Below are positions 18,385 to 27,802 of a stretch of 27,802 bases of DNA, piece by piece. The notes under the pieces are model-generated. The model ran no database searches, was not told the DNA's origin, and worked only from the letters and a program-made list of their open reading frames with translations. Both the position numbers and the translations under genes were made by a program. Position 1 is the first letter of the stretch; each line of letters opens with the position of its first letter. Source of the stretch: Macrostomum lignano (Eukaryota); the NCBI GenBank assembly GCA_002269645.1, contig NIVC01005049.1, forward strand, positions 1 to 27,802. The letters are read 5' to 3'.

Positions 18385-20030
18385 TGTTATACCCGGTTGC
18401 TAGGGTTATTCCCGGTTGCTCTGGCTATTCCCGGTTGCTAGGGTCATTCTTCTAAGTTTCTACGGCTATTCCCGGTTGCTAGGGTTATTCCCGGTTTCTA
18501 TGGCTATTTACGGTTGCTAGGGTCATTCTTCTAAGTTTCTACGGCTATTCCCGGTTGCTAGGGTTATTCCCGGTTGCTATGGCTATTTACGGTTGCTAGG
18601 GTCATTCTTCTAAGTTTCTACGGCTATTCCCGGTTGCTAGGGTTATTCCCGGTTGCTAGGGTTATACCCGGTTGCTAGGGTTATTCCCGGTTGCTCTGGC
18701 TATTCCCGGTTGCTAGGGTCATTCTTCTAAGTTTCTACGGCTATTCCCGGTTGCTAGGGTTATTCCCGGCTTCTATGGCTATTTACGGTTGCTAGGGTCA
18801 TTCTTCTAAGTTTCTACGGCTATTCCCGGTTGCTAGGGTTATTCCCGGTTGCTATGGCTATTCCCGGTTGCTAGGGTCATTCTTCTAAGTTTCTACGGCT
18901 ATTCCCGGTTGCTAGGGTTATTCCCGGTTTCTATGGCTATTTACGGTTGCTAGGGTCATTCTTCTAAGTTTCTACGGCTATTCCCGGTTGCTAGGGTTAT
19001 TCCCGGTTTCTATGGCTATTTACGGTTGCTAGGGTCATTCTTCTAAGTTTCTACGGCTATTCCCGGTTGCTAGGGTTATTCCCGGTTGCTATGGCTATTT
19101 ACGGTTGCTAGGGTCATTCTTCTAAGTTTCTACGGCTATTCCCGGTTGCTAGGGTTATTCCCGGTTGCTAGGGTTATACCCGGTTGCTAGGGTTATTCCC
19201 GGTTGCTCTGGCTATTCCCGGTTGCTAGGGTCATTCTTCTAAGTTTCTACGGCTATTCCCGGTTGCTAGGGTTATTCCCGGCTTCTATGGCTATTTACGG
19301 TTGCTAGGGTCATTCTTCTAAGTTTCTACGGCTATTCCCGGTTGCTAGGGTTATTCCCGGTTGCTATGGCTATTCCCGGTTGCTAGGGTCATTCTTCTAA
19401 GTTTCTACGGCTATTCCCGGTTGCTAGGGTTATTCCCGGTTTCTATGGCTATTTACGGTTGCTAGGGTTATTCCCGGTTTCTATGGCTATTTACGGTTAT
19501 TGGGATTATTCCCGGTTGCTAGGGTTATTCCCGGTCTCTATGGTTATTTACGGTTGTTGGGATTATTCCCGGTTGCTAGGGTTATTCCCGGTTTCTATGG
19601 CTATTTACGGTTGTTGGGATTATTCCCGGTTGCTAGGGTTATTCCCGGTTTCTATGGCTATTTACGGTTGCTAGGGTCATTCTCGGTTGCTAAGGTTATG
19701 CTAAGGTTATTCCCGGTTGCTAGGGTTATTCCCGGTTGCTAAGGTTATTCTCGGTTGCTAGGGTTATTCCTGGTTGCTGGGTTATTCTCGGTTGCTAAGG
19801 TTATTCCTGGTTGCTGGGTTATTCACGGTTGCTAGGGTTATTCCTGGTTACTAAGGTTATTCCCGGTTGCTAGGATTATTCCCGGTTGCTAAGGTTATTC
19901 CCGGTTGCTAGGGTTACTCCCAGTTGCTAGTGTATTTCCGGTTTGCTAGGGATATTCAGGGGTTGCTAGGGTTATTCCCAGTTGTTAGGATAATTCCTAG
20001 TTTCTAAGGATATTTTGATTGCTATAAGTC
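18385..20030. repeat. 19-bp minisatellite (GGTTGCTAGGGTTATTCCC)n with a 79-bp higher-order unit (22+19+19+19) and a 512-bp tandem duplication, in the PMVK intron (18290-20100)
   Basis: Unit read directly; 18441-18952 recurs at 18953-19464. Confidence 0.97.
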
Positions 20031-20100
20031 ATTTTCTTTACTAAAGTGATAATTAGAGCTTGTGAAGGATGACCTCAGTCTCCCTGATCTGTCACTCCAG

Positions 20101-20322
20101 TCCGCCTACCCAGGCCGGGTTCACCTGCTCCGCCTGCGGGCCTCTGACGAGACTCGAACCCGGCGCGGCTGGGCCTTCGTTCCCGGAGTTGACGATGCGG
20201 AGTCCGAGTGCGCACTGGACTCCTGGGAGCGGTGGGACTCGGAGTTGGATAATAGCGGCGGAGAGTGCGACAGTGAGATTGATCGATGGATTGATCTGCT
20301 TTTTGATAGATTGATTGTTTGA
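20101..20322 (+). CDS. PMVK: Phosphomevalonate kinase, coding exon 2 (terminal)
   Basis: ctccag|TCC phase 0; [20 protein letters not shown] matches PMVK [20 protein letters not shown]; TGA 20320-20322; 198 aa plus Met. Confidence 0.93.
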   Translation, partial: [73 protein letters not shown]

Positions 20323-20410
20323 TACATTGATTGGAGACTTATCTTGTCTTTGAATTTTCTATAGTGGTGCATTTTTTCCTTTTTATATACTTTGTAACTC
20401 TATATCTCCC

Positions 20411-21148
20411 AGTGAGAGTCAGGGAGAGAGAGAGGCCGGGTGAGAGTCAGATCGGTAGGGAAGGGTGAGAGTCAGGGAGAGACGAAAGGGCGAGAGTCAG
20501 GGAGAGAGAGAAGGGTGAGAGTCAGGGAGAGAGAGAAGGGTGAGAGTCAGGGAGAGACGAAAGGGCGAGAGTCAGGGAGAGAGAGAAGGGTGAGAGTCAG
20601 GGAGAGAGAAAAGGGTGAGAGTCAGGGAGAGAGAGAAGAGTGAGAGTCAGGGAGAGAGAAGGGTGAGAATCAGGGAGAGAGAGAAGGGTGAGAGACAGGG
20701 AGAGAGAGAAGGGTGAGAGTCAGCTCGGTAGGGAAGGGTGAGAGTCAGGGAGAGACTGACCCTGTGAGAGTCAGGGAGAGAGAGAAGGGTGAGAGACAGG
20801 GAGAGAGAGAAGGGTGAGAGTCAGCTCGGTAGGGAAGGGTGAGAGTCAGGGAGAGACTGACCCTGTGAGAGTCAGGGAGAGAGAGAAGGGTGAGAGTCAG
20901 GGAGAGAGAGAAGGGTGAGAGTCAGGGAGAGAGAGAAGGGTGAGAATCAGGGAGAGAGAGAGAGAAGGGTGAGAGTCAGGGAGAGAGAGAAGGGTGAGAG
21001 TCAGGTCGGTAGGGAAGAGTGAGAGTCAGGGAGAGACGAAAGGGTTAGAGTCAGGGAGAGATAGAAGGGTGAGAGTCAGGGAGAGAGAGAAGGGTGTGAG
21101 TCAGGGAGAGACGAAAGGGAGAGAGAGAAGGGTGAGAGTCAGGGAGAA
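20411..21148. repeat. 25-bp purine-rich minisatellite (GGGTGAGAGTCAGGGAGAGAGAGAA)n with 75- and 100-bp higher-order blocks
   Basis: Unit read directly; lies between the convergent PMVK and NECAB 3' ends. Confidence 0.95.
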
Positions 21149-21352
21149 ACTAGATGAAATATTCGGATAATATCTTTGGAGGGCCAAAATTAGGGATTAA
21201 TTGTTAAGACGTTTTATTCCATAAATGATCAAATTCGGTATTGATAAATGAGATTCTCACTATAAAGATAGTTATTACAGTGAAATTCAGTTATTATTGT
21301 GTCTTTTACAACACCGAACGCTTTTTTATAATCTATTTGTTTTAATATAGCG

Positions 21353-21358
21353 TTTATT
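21353..21358 (-). terminator. Candidate AATAAA poly(A) signal for NECAB
   Basis: TTTATT on + strand, ~210 nt past the NECAB stop. Confidence 0.4.
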
Positions 21359-21567
21359 TAATTTTAATAATAAACTAACTAATTTGACTTCTATGAACTT
21401 CTACATGTATGAAGCAATAAAAGAATTAAACTTTCAACAGTGTTTATAAATTTCGGCAATACATTGTGCAGCAAGCAATGTGTAAAACTGTTATAATTGA
21501 ATTTGTGTGTTCGGTACTGCGTGTGGCTTTGTTAGTCCCCGTTTATAACAGCTGGCTGTCAATACCA

Positions 21568-21596
21568 TCAGTGATCCATGTTCTTCCACCAGCTCG
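21568..21596 (-). CDS. NECAB: NECAB homolog, terminal coding exon (S)SWWKNMDH*
   Basis: aaatttcag|CG AGC TGG TGG; phase matches the previous exon (T+CG); NECAB proteins end PASWW+few residues. Confidence 0.8.
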
Positions 21597-21709
21597 CTGA
21601 AATTTATTCATTGCGAGGGGGTGCATGTTTGAGTGATTTATTACTTCGGAAATGTTCAGGTAGTTTTGCGAATTCTGCAGATTCCGAATTCATATGCGAT
21701 TTCAGGACA

Positions 21710-23450
21710 ATCTGGGGAATCTTCTATATAAGAATCCGGAGAATCTTTTATGAGAATCTTGGGAATCTTTTATGAGAATCCGGGGAATCTTTTATGAGAA
21801 TCCAGGGAATCTTTTATGAGAATCCGGGGAATCTTTTATGAGAATCCAGGGAATCTTCTATATAAGAATCCGGAGAATCTTTTATGAGAATCCGGGGAAT
21901 CTTTTATGAGAATCCGGGGAATCTTTTATGAGAATCTTGGGAATCTTTTATGAGAATCCGGGGAATCTTTTATGAAAATCTTGGGAATCTTTTATGAGAA
22001 TCCGGGGAATCTTTTATGAGAATCTTGGGAATCTTTTATAGGAATCCAGGGAATCTTTTATGAGAATCCGGGGAATCTTTTATGAGAATCTTGGGAATCT
22101 TTTATGAGAATCCGGGGAATCTTTTATGAGAATCTTGGGAATCTTTTATGGGAATCCAGGGAATCTTTTATGAGAATCTTGGGAATCTTTTATGAGAATC
22201 CGGGGAATCTTTTATGAGAATCCGGAGAATCTTTTATGAGAATCTTGGGAATCTTTTATGGGAATCCAGGGAATCTTTTATGAGAATCTTGGGAATCTTT
22301 TATGAGAATCCGGGAATCTTTTATGAGAATCCGGAGAATCTTTTATGAGAATCTTGGGAATCTTTTATGAGAATCCGGGGAATCTTTTGAGAATCTTGGG
22401 AATCTTTTATAGAAATCCAGGGAATCTTTTATGAGAATCTTGGGAATCTTTTATGAGAATCCGGGGAATCTTTTATGAGAATCTTGGGAATCTTTTATAG
22501 GAATCCAGGGAATCTTTTATGAGAATCTTGGGAATCTTTTATGAGAATCCGGGGAATCTTTTATAAGAATCTTGGGAATCTTTTATGGGAATCCGGGGAA
22601 TCTTTTATAAGAATCTTGGGAATCTTTTATGGGAATCCAGGGAATCTTTTATGAGAATCTTAGGAATCTTTTATGAGAATCTTGGGAATCTTTTATGGGA
22701 ATCCAGGGAATCTTCTATATAAGAATCCGGAGAATCTTTTATGAGAATCTTGGGAATCTTTTATGGGAATCCGGGGAATCTTTTATGAGAATCTTGGGAA
22801 TCTTTTATGAGAATCAGGGGAATCTTTTATGAGAATCCGGAGAATCTTTTATGAGAATCTTGGGAATCTTTTATAGGAATCCAGGGAATCTTTTATGAGA
22901 ATCTTGGGAATCTTTTATGAGAATCCGGGGAATCTTTTATGAGAATCTTTGGAATCTTTTATAGGAATCCAGGGAATCTTTTATGGGAATCTTGGGAATC
23001 TTTTATGAGAATCCGGGGAATCTTTAATGAGAATCTTGGGAATCCAGGGAATCTTTTATGAGAATCTTGGGAATCTTTTATGAGAATCTTGGGAATCTTT
23101 TATGAGAATCCGGGGAATCTTTATGAGAATCGAGGGAATCTTTTATGAGAATCCGGGGAATCTTTTATGCGAATCCAGGGAATCTTTTATGAGAATCTTA
23201 GGAATCTTTTATGAGAAACCGGGGAATCTTTTATGCGAGTCCAGGGAATCTTTTATGAGAATGTTGGGAATCTTTTAATGAGAATTTGAGGAATCATTCA
23301 GGAGAATCTGGGAAATTATTTAGGAGAATCTGGGGAATCTTTATTGAGAATCCGGGGAATATTTTAGGAGGCTAGGGAATTATTCAAGAGAATCTGAGGA
23401 ATCGTGTCGGAGAATCTGGGGAGATTCCATTGAAGAATTCGGGGAATTTT
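21710..23450. repeat. 22-bp minisatellite (GAATCTTTTATGAGAATCCGGG)n, ~78 copies, in the NECAB last intron
   Basis: Unit read directly; CCGGG/CTTGG/CCAGG variants; degenerate right edge. Confidence 0.97.
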
Positions 23451-23539
23451 CCATAGAAAATAGAATATTGCGTGGTAATCTCGTCGGGGAATTCAAGGAA
23501 TCATGAATCGTGGGAGTTCAAATCGAAAATACAATAACT

Positions 23540-23600
23540 CAGAGACACTGGGAATCGAACCCAGGACCTCTGGAACACAAGAGAACGACGGTATGCCTCT
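23540..23600 (-). ncRNA. 60-nt tRNA-like element (acceptor stem + canonical T arm, shortened D/anticodon region)
   Basis: AGAGGCA...TGTCTCT 7-bp stem (one G-U); CTGGG TTCGATT CCCAG T arm with perfect B box; GAGGTC variable region; no A box; not a standard tRNA gene. Confidence 0.5.
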
Positions 23601-23616
23601 GTTACTTTTTACTCAC

Positions 23617-23786
23617 AAGGCATGAGCATGGTGTCGGTGCTCTCGGGCGCATCTGTGCAGTCCACCAGAGCTCGGCGAAGGTCCCGGCTGACTGGGCTGG
23701 GCAGAAATTTTCTCCAGCTGCCCAGCGACTCCCAGAATTCGTAGAGGGTGACGGAGCCCGTGGATCGGTATTGCCGAATGCTCAGC
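23617..23786 (-). CDS. NECAB: NECAB homolog, penultimate coding exon (ABM-like domain)
   Basis: caactcag|G ... CCT T|gtgagt; LSIRQYRSTGSVTLYEFWESLGSWRKFLPSPVSRDLRRALVDCTDAPESTDTMLMP resembles NECAB ..[46 protein letters not shown]; ~75% GC3 in this frame. Confidence 0.87.
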
Positions 23787-23874
23787 CTGAGTTGGGGAGT
23801 GATGGATGGATTTGTGTGTAAAAAGATAATTATGGTTAGTACGTATGATCCTGGTTTTCCATTTTCCCCAATTA

Positions 23875-24325
23875 CGGTTACTAGGGATTTGTACGAGTAG
23901 TTGCTAGGGCTATTTTTGGTTACTAGGGATATTTATGGTTGCTAGGGAATTTGTAGTTGTTAGAGTATTTACAGTTGCTAGGGATATTTATGGGTCATAG
24001 GGATATTTACAATTGCTACGGATATTTATGGTTGCTAGGGCTATTTATGGTTGATAGGGCTATTTATGGTTGCTAGGGATATTTACAGTTGCTAGGGAAT
24101 TTTTGGTTGCTAGGGCTTTTTATGGTTGATAGGGATATTTACAGTTGCTAGGGAATTTTTGGTTGTTTAAGGGTATTTACAGTTGCTAGGGATATTTATG
24201 GTTGCTAGGGCTATTTATGATTGCTAGGGCTATTTTATGGTTGCTATGGCTATTTACAGTTGCTATACTTATTGCTTCAAATGGATAATTGCCAGGGCTA
24301 GGTGCTATTTTCGGTTGCTATAGGG
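23875..24325. repeat. Degenerate 19-bp minisatellite (GGTTGCTAGGGATATTTAT)n, related to the PMVK-intron array
   Basis: Unit read directly; shares the GGTTGCTAGGG core and 19-bp period. Confidence 0.92.
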
Positions 24326-25011
24326 CTACTGTATTTCAAGTTTCTCTCTTTCACAGAGAGCAATGGAGCCTCCTGGCTGAGGCAATTACTCAAATAAACT
24401 TCTGGCTCCAGGGGCGGCTGTTGACAGAGACAAGGAGGCTCTCTGCGACCTCATCAGGGCTAAGTCAAAGAAAAAGACTATGAATAATACAGAAGCTGAG
24501 AGCTTAGCCAGAGACTCTGGTCTTGAAGAGTCCGAGCATATATGAATATGTTGGCCCCTGTTATCTGGCGCAGGACTAGCTACTGCCAACCTGACTTATA
24601 GCTAATGTTGTTTATCCAGGTTATATAGCGATTGGGGATACACCTTATAACTGCCTAAGATGCATGAAAACTCTGTCATGCAGAACCCAGTTAACTTAAG
24701 CTTCATCAAAGCCATACATAAAATGTATGTTTTTGCACGCGTCAATGAGTAATTGCGATTTTCTATTGTTCACGTGGGAGATTTGGTGCCAGTGCGTACT
24801 AAATTTCATAAAGGATCCTGACAGGATTGTATATTAATCCCAACTGCTCCGCATGCGAGCTTTGCCCAGGGATAGTAATCAATACATCATGCTGGGGGGG
24901 GGGTTGATGCTGTGCGATATCATCTGGCATTGTTAGGCCGTATCTGCTATAAGCCCCTGGTTAATTTGCTTCTGCATAGCTCACTCCTAATACAAGAACC
25001 ATCTCCCTAAA

Positions 25012-25690
25012 CCCACTGCAAACTCATTTATCTACCCCACAATTCACTGCAAACTCAAGCTATCTACCTCACAACTCACTGCAAACTCAAGCTATCTACC
25101 TCACACTCCACTGCAAACTCCAGCTATCTACCTCACACTCCACTGCAAACTCAAGCTATCTACCTCACACTCCACTGCAAACTCAAGCTATCTAACCCAC
25201 ACTCACTGCAAACTCAAGCTATCTACCTCACACTCCACTGCAAACTCAAGCTATCTACCTCACACTCCACTGCAAACTCAAGCTATCTACCTCACACTCC
25301 ACTGCAAACTCAAGCTATTTACCTCACACTCCACTGCAAACTCAAGCTATTTACCTCACACTCCACTGCAAACTCAAGCTATCTACCTCACACTCCACTG
25401 CAAACTCAAGCTATTTACCTCACACTCCACTGCAAACTCAAGCTATTACCTCACACTCCACTGCAAACTCAAGCTATCTACCTCACACTCCACTGCAAAC
25501 TCAAGCTATTTACCTCACACTCCACTGCAAACTCAAGCTATTTACCTCACACTCCACTGCAAACTCAAGCTATCTACCTCACACTCCACTGCAAACTCAA
25601 GCTATTACCTCACACTCCACTGCAAACTCAAGCTATCTACCTCACACTCCACTGCAAACTCAAGCTATCTACCTCACACTCCACTGCCAC
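25012..25690. repeat. 32-bp minisatellite (CACTCCACTGCAAACTCAAGCTATCTACCTCA)n, ~21 copies, in a NECAB intron
   Basis: Unit read directly; slightly shorter deletion variants. Confidence 0.96.
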
Positions 25691-26186
25691 TACCTCATAG
25701 CCCACCGAAAACTCGCTTCTAAAACCTTTATCTACTGAAGTACGTAATGTACACCTTAAAGACAACTCTCTAATATTTAGTACCTAATGTGTCCCTTCTG
25801 TCAAAGCATGCATACATGTAAGCACAATACGGCACAGGACTTGTCTGCATTAATCAACTGACTCACATTTCAACCCCGGTGAATGCATGCATGCAGTAGA
25901 AATTGCAGTGCTCATCTTAAGCTCAAGATTTCGTGTCCGCTCTCTCCCTTCCTACCCCCTCTACCCTCCAAAAAAGCCCCCCGACACAAAAATTACAAGC
26001 TACATGTAGCAGATAGGCTCTTGTTTTTCTTGTTCAATTGTATCGACAACCCGGATGAAGGGGATTAGGGGAAGAGAGAATGAGAGCTGGCAGATGAAGG
26101 AGGAGGGAGAACACGGAGATGAGAACACAGATACATGCACATGCGGGCATGGCAGGTCAAACGAAGCGTCCACACGCGCGACTTAC

Positions 26187-26295
26187 AAGAGGCAGGATGT
26201 GACGCCTTCAAGCTGGCTCGAGTACTTCCTCACGGCGGACAGAAATGAGGCCAGCTGCTCTTCCTGGACTGCCAGCCGGCGCGCACGATGAGGAT
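26187..26295 (-). CDS. NECAB: NECAB homolog, upstream exon (start of ABM-like domain); probable 1-nt deletion near 26285; further upstream exons not identified
   Basis: ccccctttcatcgcag|ATC ... CTC TT|gtaagt; RRLAVQEEQLASFLSAVRKYSSQLEGVTSCL resembles NECAB QRQMSVTEEDLEEFQLALKHYVESASSQSGCL; phase-2 join TT+G to the next exon. Confidence 0.8.
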
Positions 26296-26768
26296 CTGCG
26301 ATGAAAGGGGGAGGCTGAGGTGAGGACAAGTGCGCGGAAATGCAGCTGTAAATTTTACAGCAGGTTAAGTGAGAGGAAAGTGAATTGAATGATTTGCAAA
26401 TGTGCTCTGCCCTCTGAGATGTGGAAAGGCGTACACGTGTACGCCTGCTGTGGTTGAAAATTTCCTCTTTGACCATGCATTATCGCTTGCAAAACTAGCG
26501 ACTGTGTATGCTCTAAAGTCCCCCATCATTAGTCCCCTAAAAGTCCCTTCCCAGCTACACTTAGAGTTCTGTCTAACGCGCTCCCTCATCATCGACTCGA
26601 CGAGTTGAGAAAAAAGCCGAAATGCTCAAAGCTGGCGGTAGGAATCCATGCTGGCTGCATGCCTCTCCTCTGGCGCTAATTAGTGTAGCGGCAGTCCAAT
26701 TTTCTTATGGGCTCAAAAGCGAATGAAGTCAGGGGTGTGATGAGGGAGAGGACACGCTGGAGAGAGTT

Positions 26769-26972
26769 GACTGACTGACTGACTGACTGACTGACTGACT
26801 GACTGACTGACTGACTGACTGACTGACTGACTGACTGACTGACTGACTGACTGACTGACTGACTGACTGACTGACTGACTGACTGACTGACTGACTGACT
26901 GACTGACTGACTGACTGACTGACTGACTGACTGACTGACTGACTGACTGACTGACTGACTGACTGACTGACT
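26769..26972. repeat. Perfect (GACT)51 microsatellite
   Basis: 204 bp read directly. Confidence 0.99.
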
Positions 26973-27802
26973 TAATTCCCATTTGCTATTCGGCTATCTA
27001 AAACATGTAGGAGAGAACCTTTTTGAGCTTGAGCCATTTGAGCTAACGGGATTACTGCAGAAGAAGGGAAACCATTCACTGAGGCGTCACATACTTCTTT
27101 CAGCACAATCTCAAATCCCCATGCTCCCCCTAACCAGCCTCATGGGAGATTTATTCCTCAATTTTCTCTGAGCTGAGTTCTCTGCTTGCGGCCCGCATGC
27201 ACTGCTCATGCTAGCTGAACTCACACACACAAGCACAGTCACACCAGTGAAAATGCACAAGGGAGACTGAGGCAACGCTGGGTTAGAATTTTCCAACCCA
27301 GCTAGATGCAGAGAGAGAGGGACAGAGGGAGAGCGCGCGCGCAATGGAGGTTCAAGAGGCGCACTTTTCTGCACCCCATCACCTACGATCCCCAATGTTT
27401 CCATTGCAGTCGGGCGCTTTGCCAGCAGCACCCTGCACTCCCTGCTGCAAATCCACTCTGCAGCTTTGATGTCGCATATATGATTATTAAATACCCGTGT
27501 CTGTGACCCGGCACTGTGCCCCGCACAGGTTGCAGGGAATAAATGGGAAAGAGATGATTGGGAAATATGTCCACTGTATTGGCTCAAAGGATGTGAGCCG
27601 CTGCTTCAGCAGACTCGATCGATTTGAGCAGACTGGGGGATGATGCAGCAGATCGCCCCAGCACCTGCTGCTTCTCACCTTACACCTGTACGCCTTTCTC
27701 GATACCTTGGTCAAAGACCAAAGTACGTAGAAGATCAGCGGTCTGACTCTACAACGACTACACCCTGTATGAGCAGCCTGTATGTACACCTCGTTTCTGG
27801 GC

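Noticed and set aside
17035-20643. ORFs 17035-17433, 19459-19742 and 20440-20643
   Set aside because: Repeat-derived low-complexity translations
24541-24600. Possible SECIS (ATGA...GTTGGC/GCCAAC...TGAC) after the TGA-containing frame
   Set aside because: Helix after the core is mismatched and there is no apical AA motif; not canonical
553-24878. Shared 13-mer TTACTATCCCTGG (553-565) and its reverse complement (24866-24878), TIR-like
   Set aside because: Chance-level at this window size; no extension or partner ends
26345-26361. Palindrome GCTGTAAA-T-TTTACAGC near the NECAB acceptor
   Set aside because: 8-bp arms are near chance expectation in 28 kb
26713-26982. 89-aa VSQS-repeat ORF
   Set aside because: Translation of the (GACT)51 microsatellite
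27111-27802. Several 60-160 aa ORFs and candidate upstream NECAB exons (e.g. SLLKSIESAEAA; VDLQQGVQGAAGKAPDCNGNIGD)
   Set aside because: No candidate combined convincing splice sites, an open frame and clear homology; left unannotated

Overview
Animal genomic DNA; the gene structure suggests a flatworm, possibly Macrostomum-like, but that is an inference. Five protein-coding genes were reconstructed by hand from splice sites and remembered family motifs. Four are co-oriented on the + strand: a 4-exon divergent DGAT1-like MBOAT gene (3193-6783), intronless SIRT6 (8642-10012), intronless SMYD4-like (12854-14797) and 2-exon PMVK (17915-20322). The last three coding exons of a NECAB homolog converge on them from the - strand (26295-21568). 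Roughly 45% of the window is tandem repeat: most large introns and intergenic gaps hold their own 17-54 bp minisatellite. Main signal: SIRT6 and PMVK have no genomic ATG at their conserved N-termini and instead begin at a phase-0 3' splice acceptor (cag|TCGGC). This fits initiator Met donation by a flatworm spliced leader ending in AUG, and possibly a repeat-spaced operon. Other signals: the DGAT1 homolog lacks the catalytic His/Asn but keeps an intact ORF; a 60-nt tRNA-like element lies 16 nt inside a NECAB intron; three unrelated arrays carry near-perfect ~0.5-kb duplications; and 12 CACGC motifs cluster upstream of the DGAT1-like TATA box. Homology calls rest on recalled sequences, not database searches.
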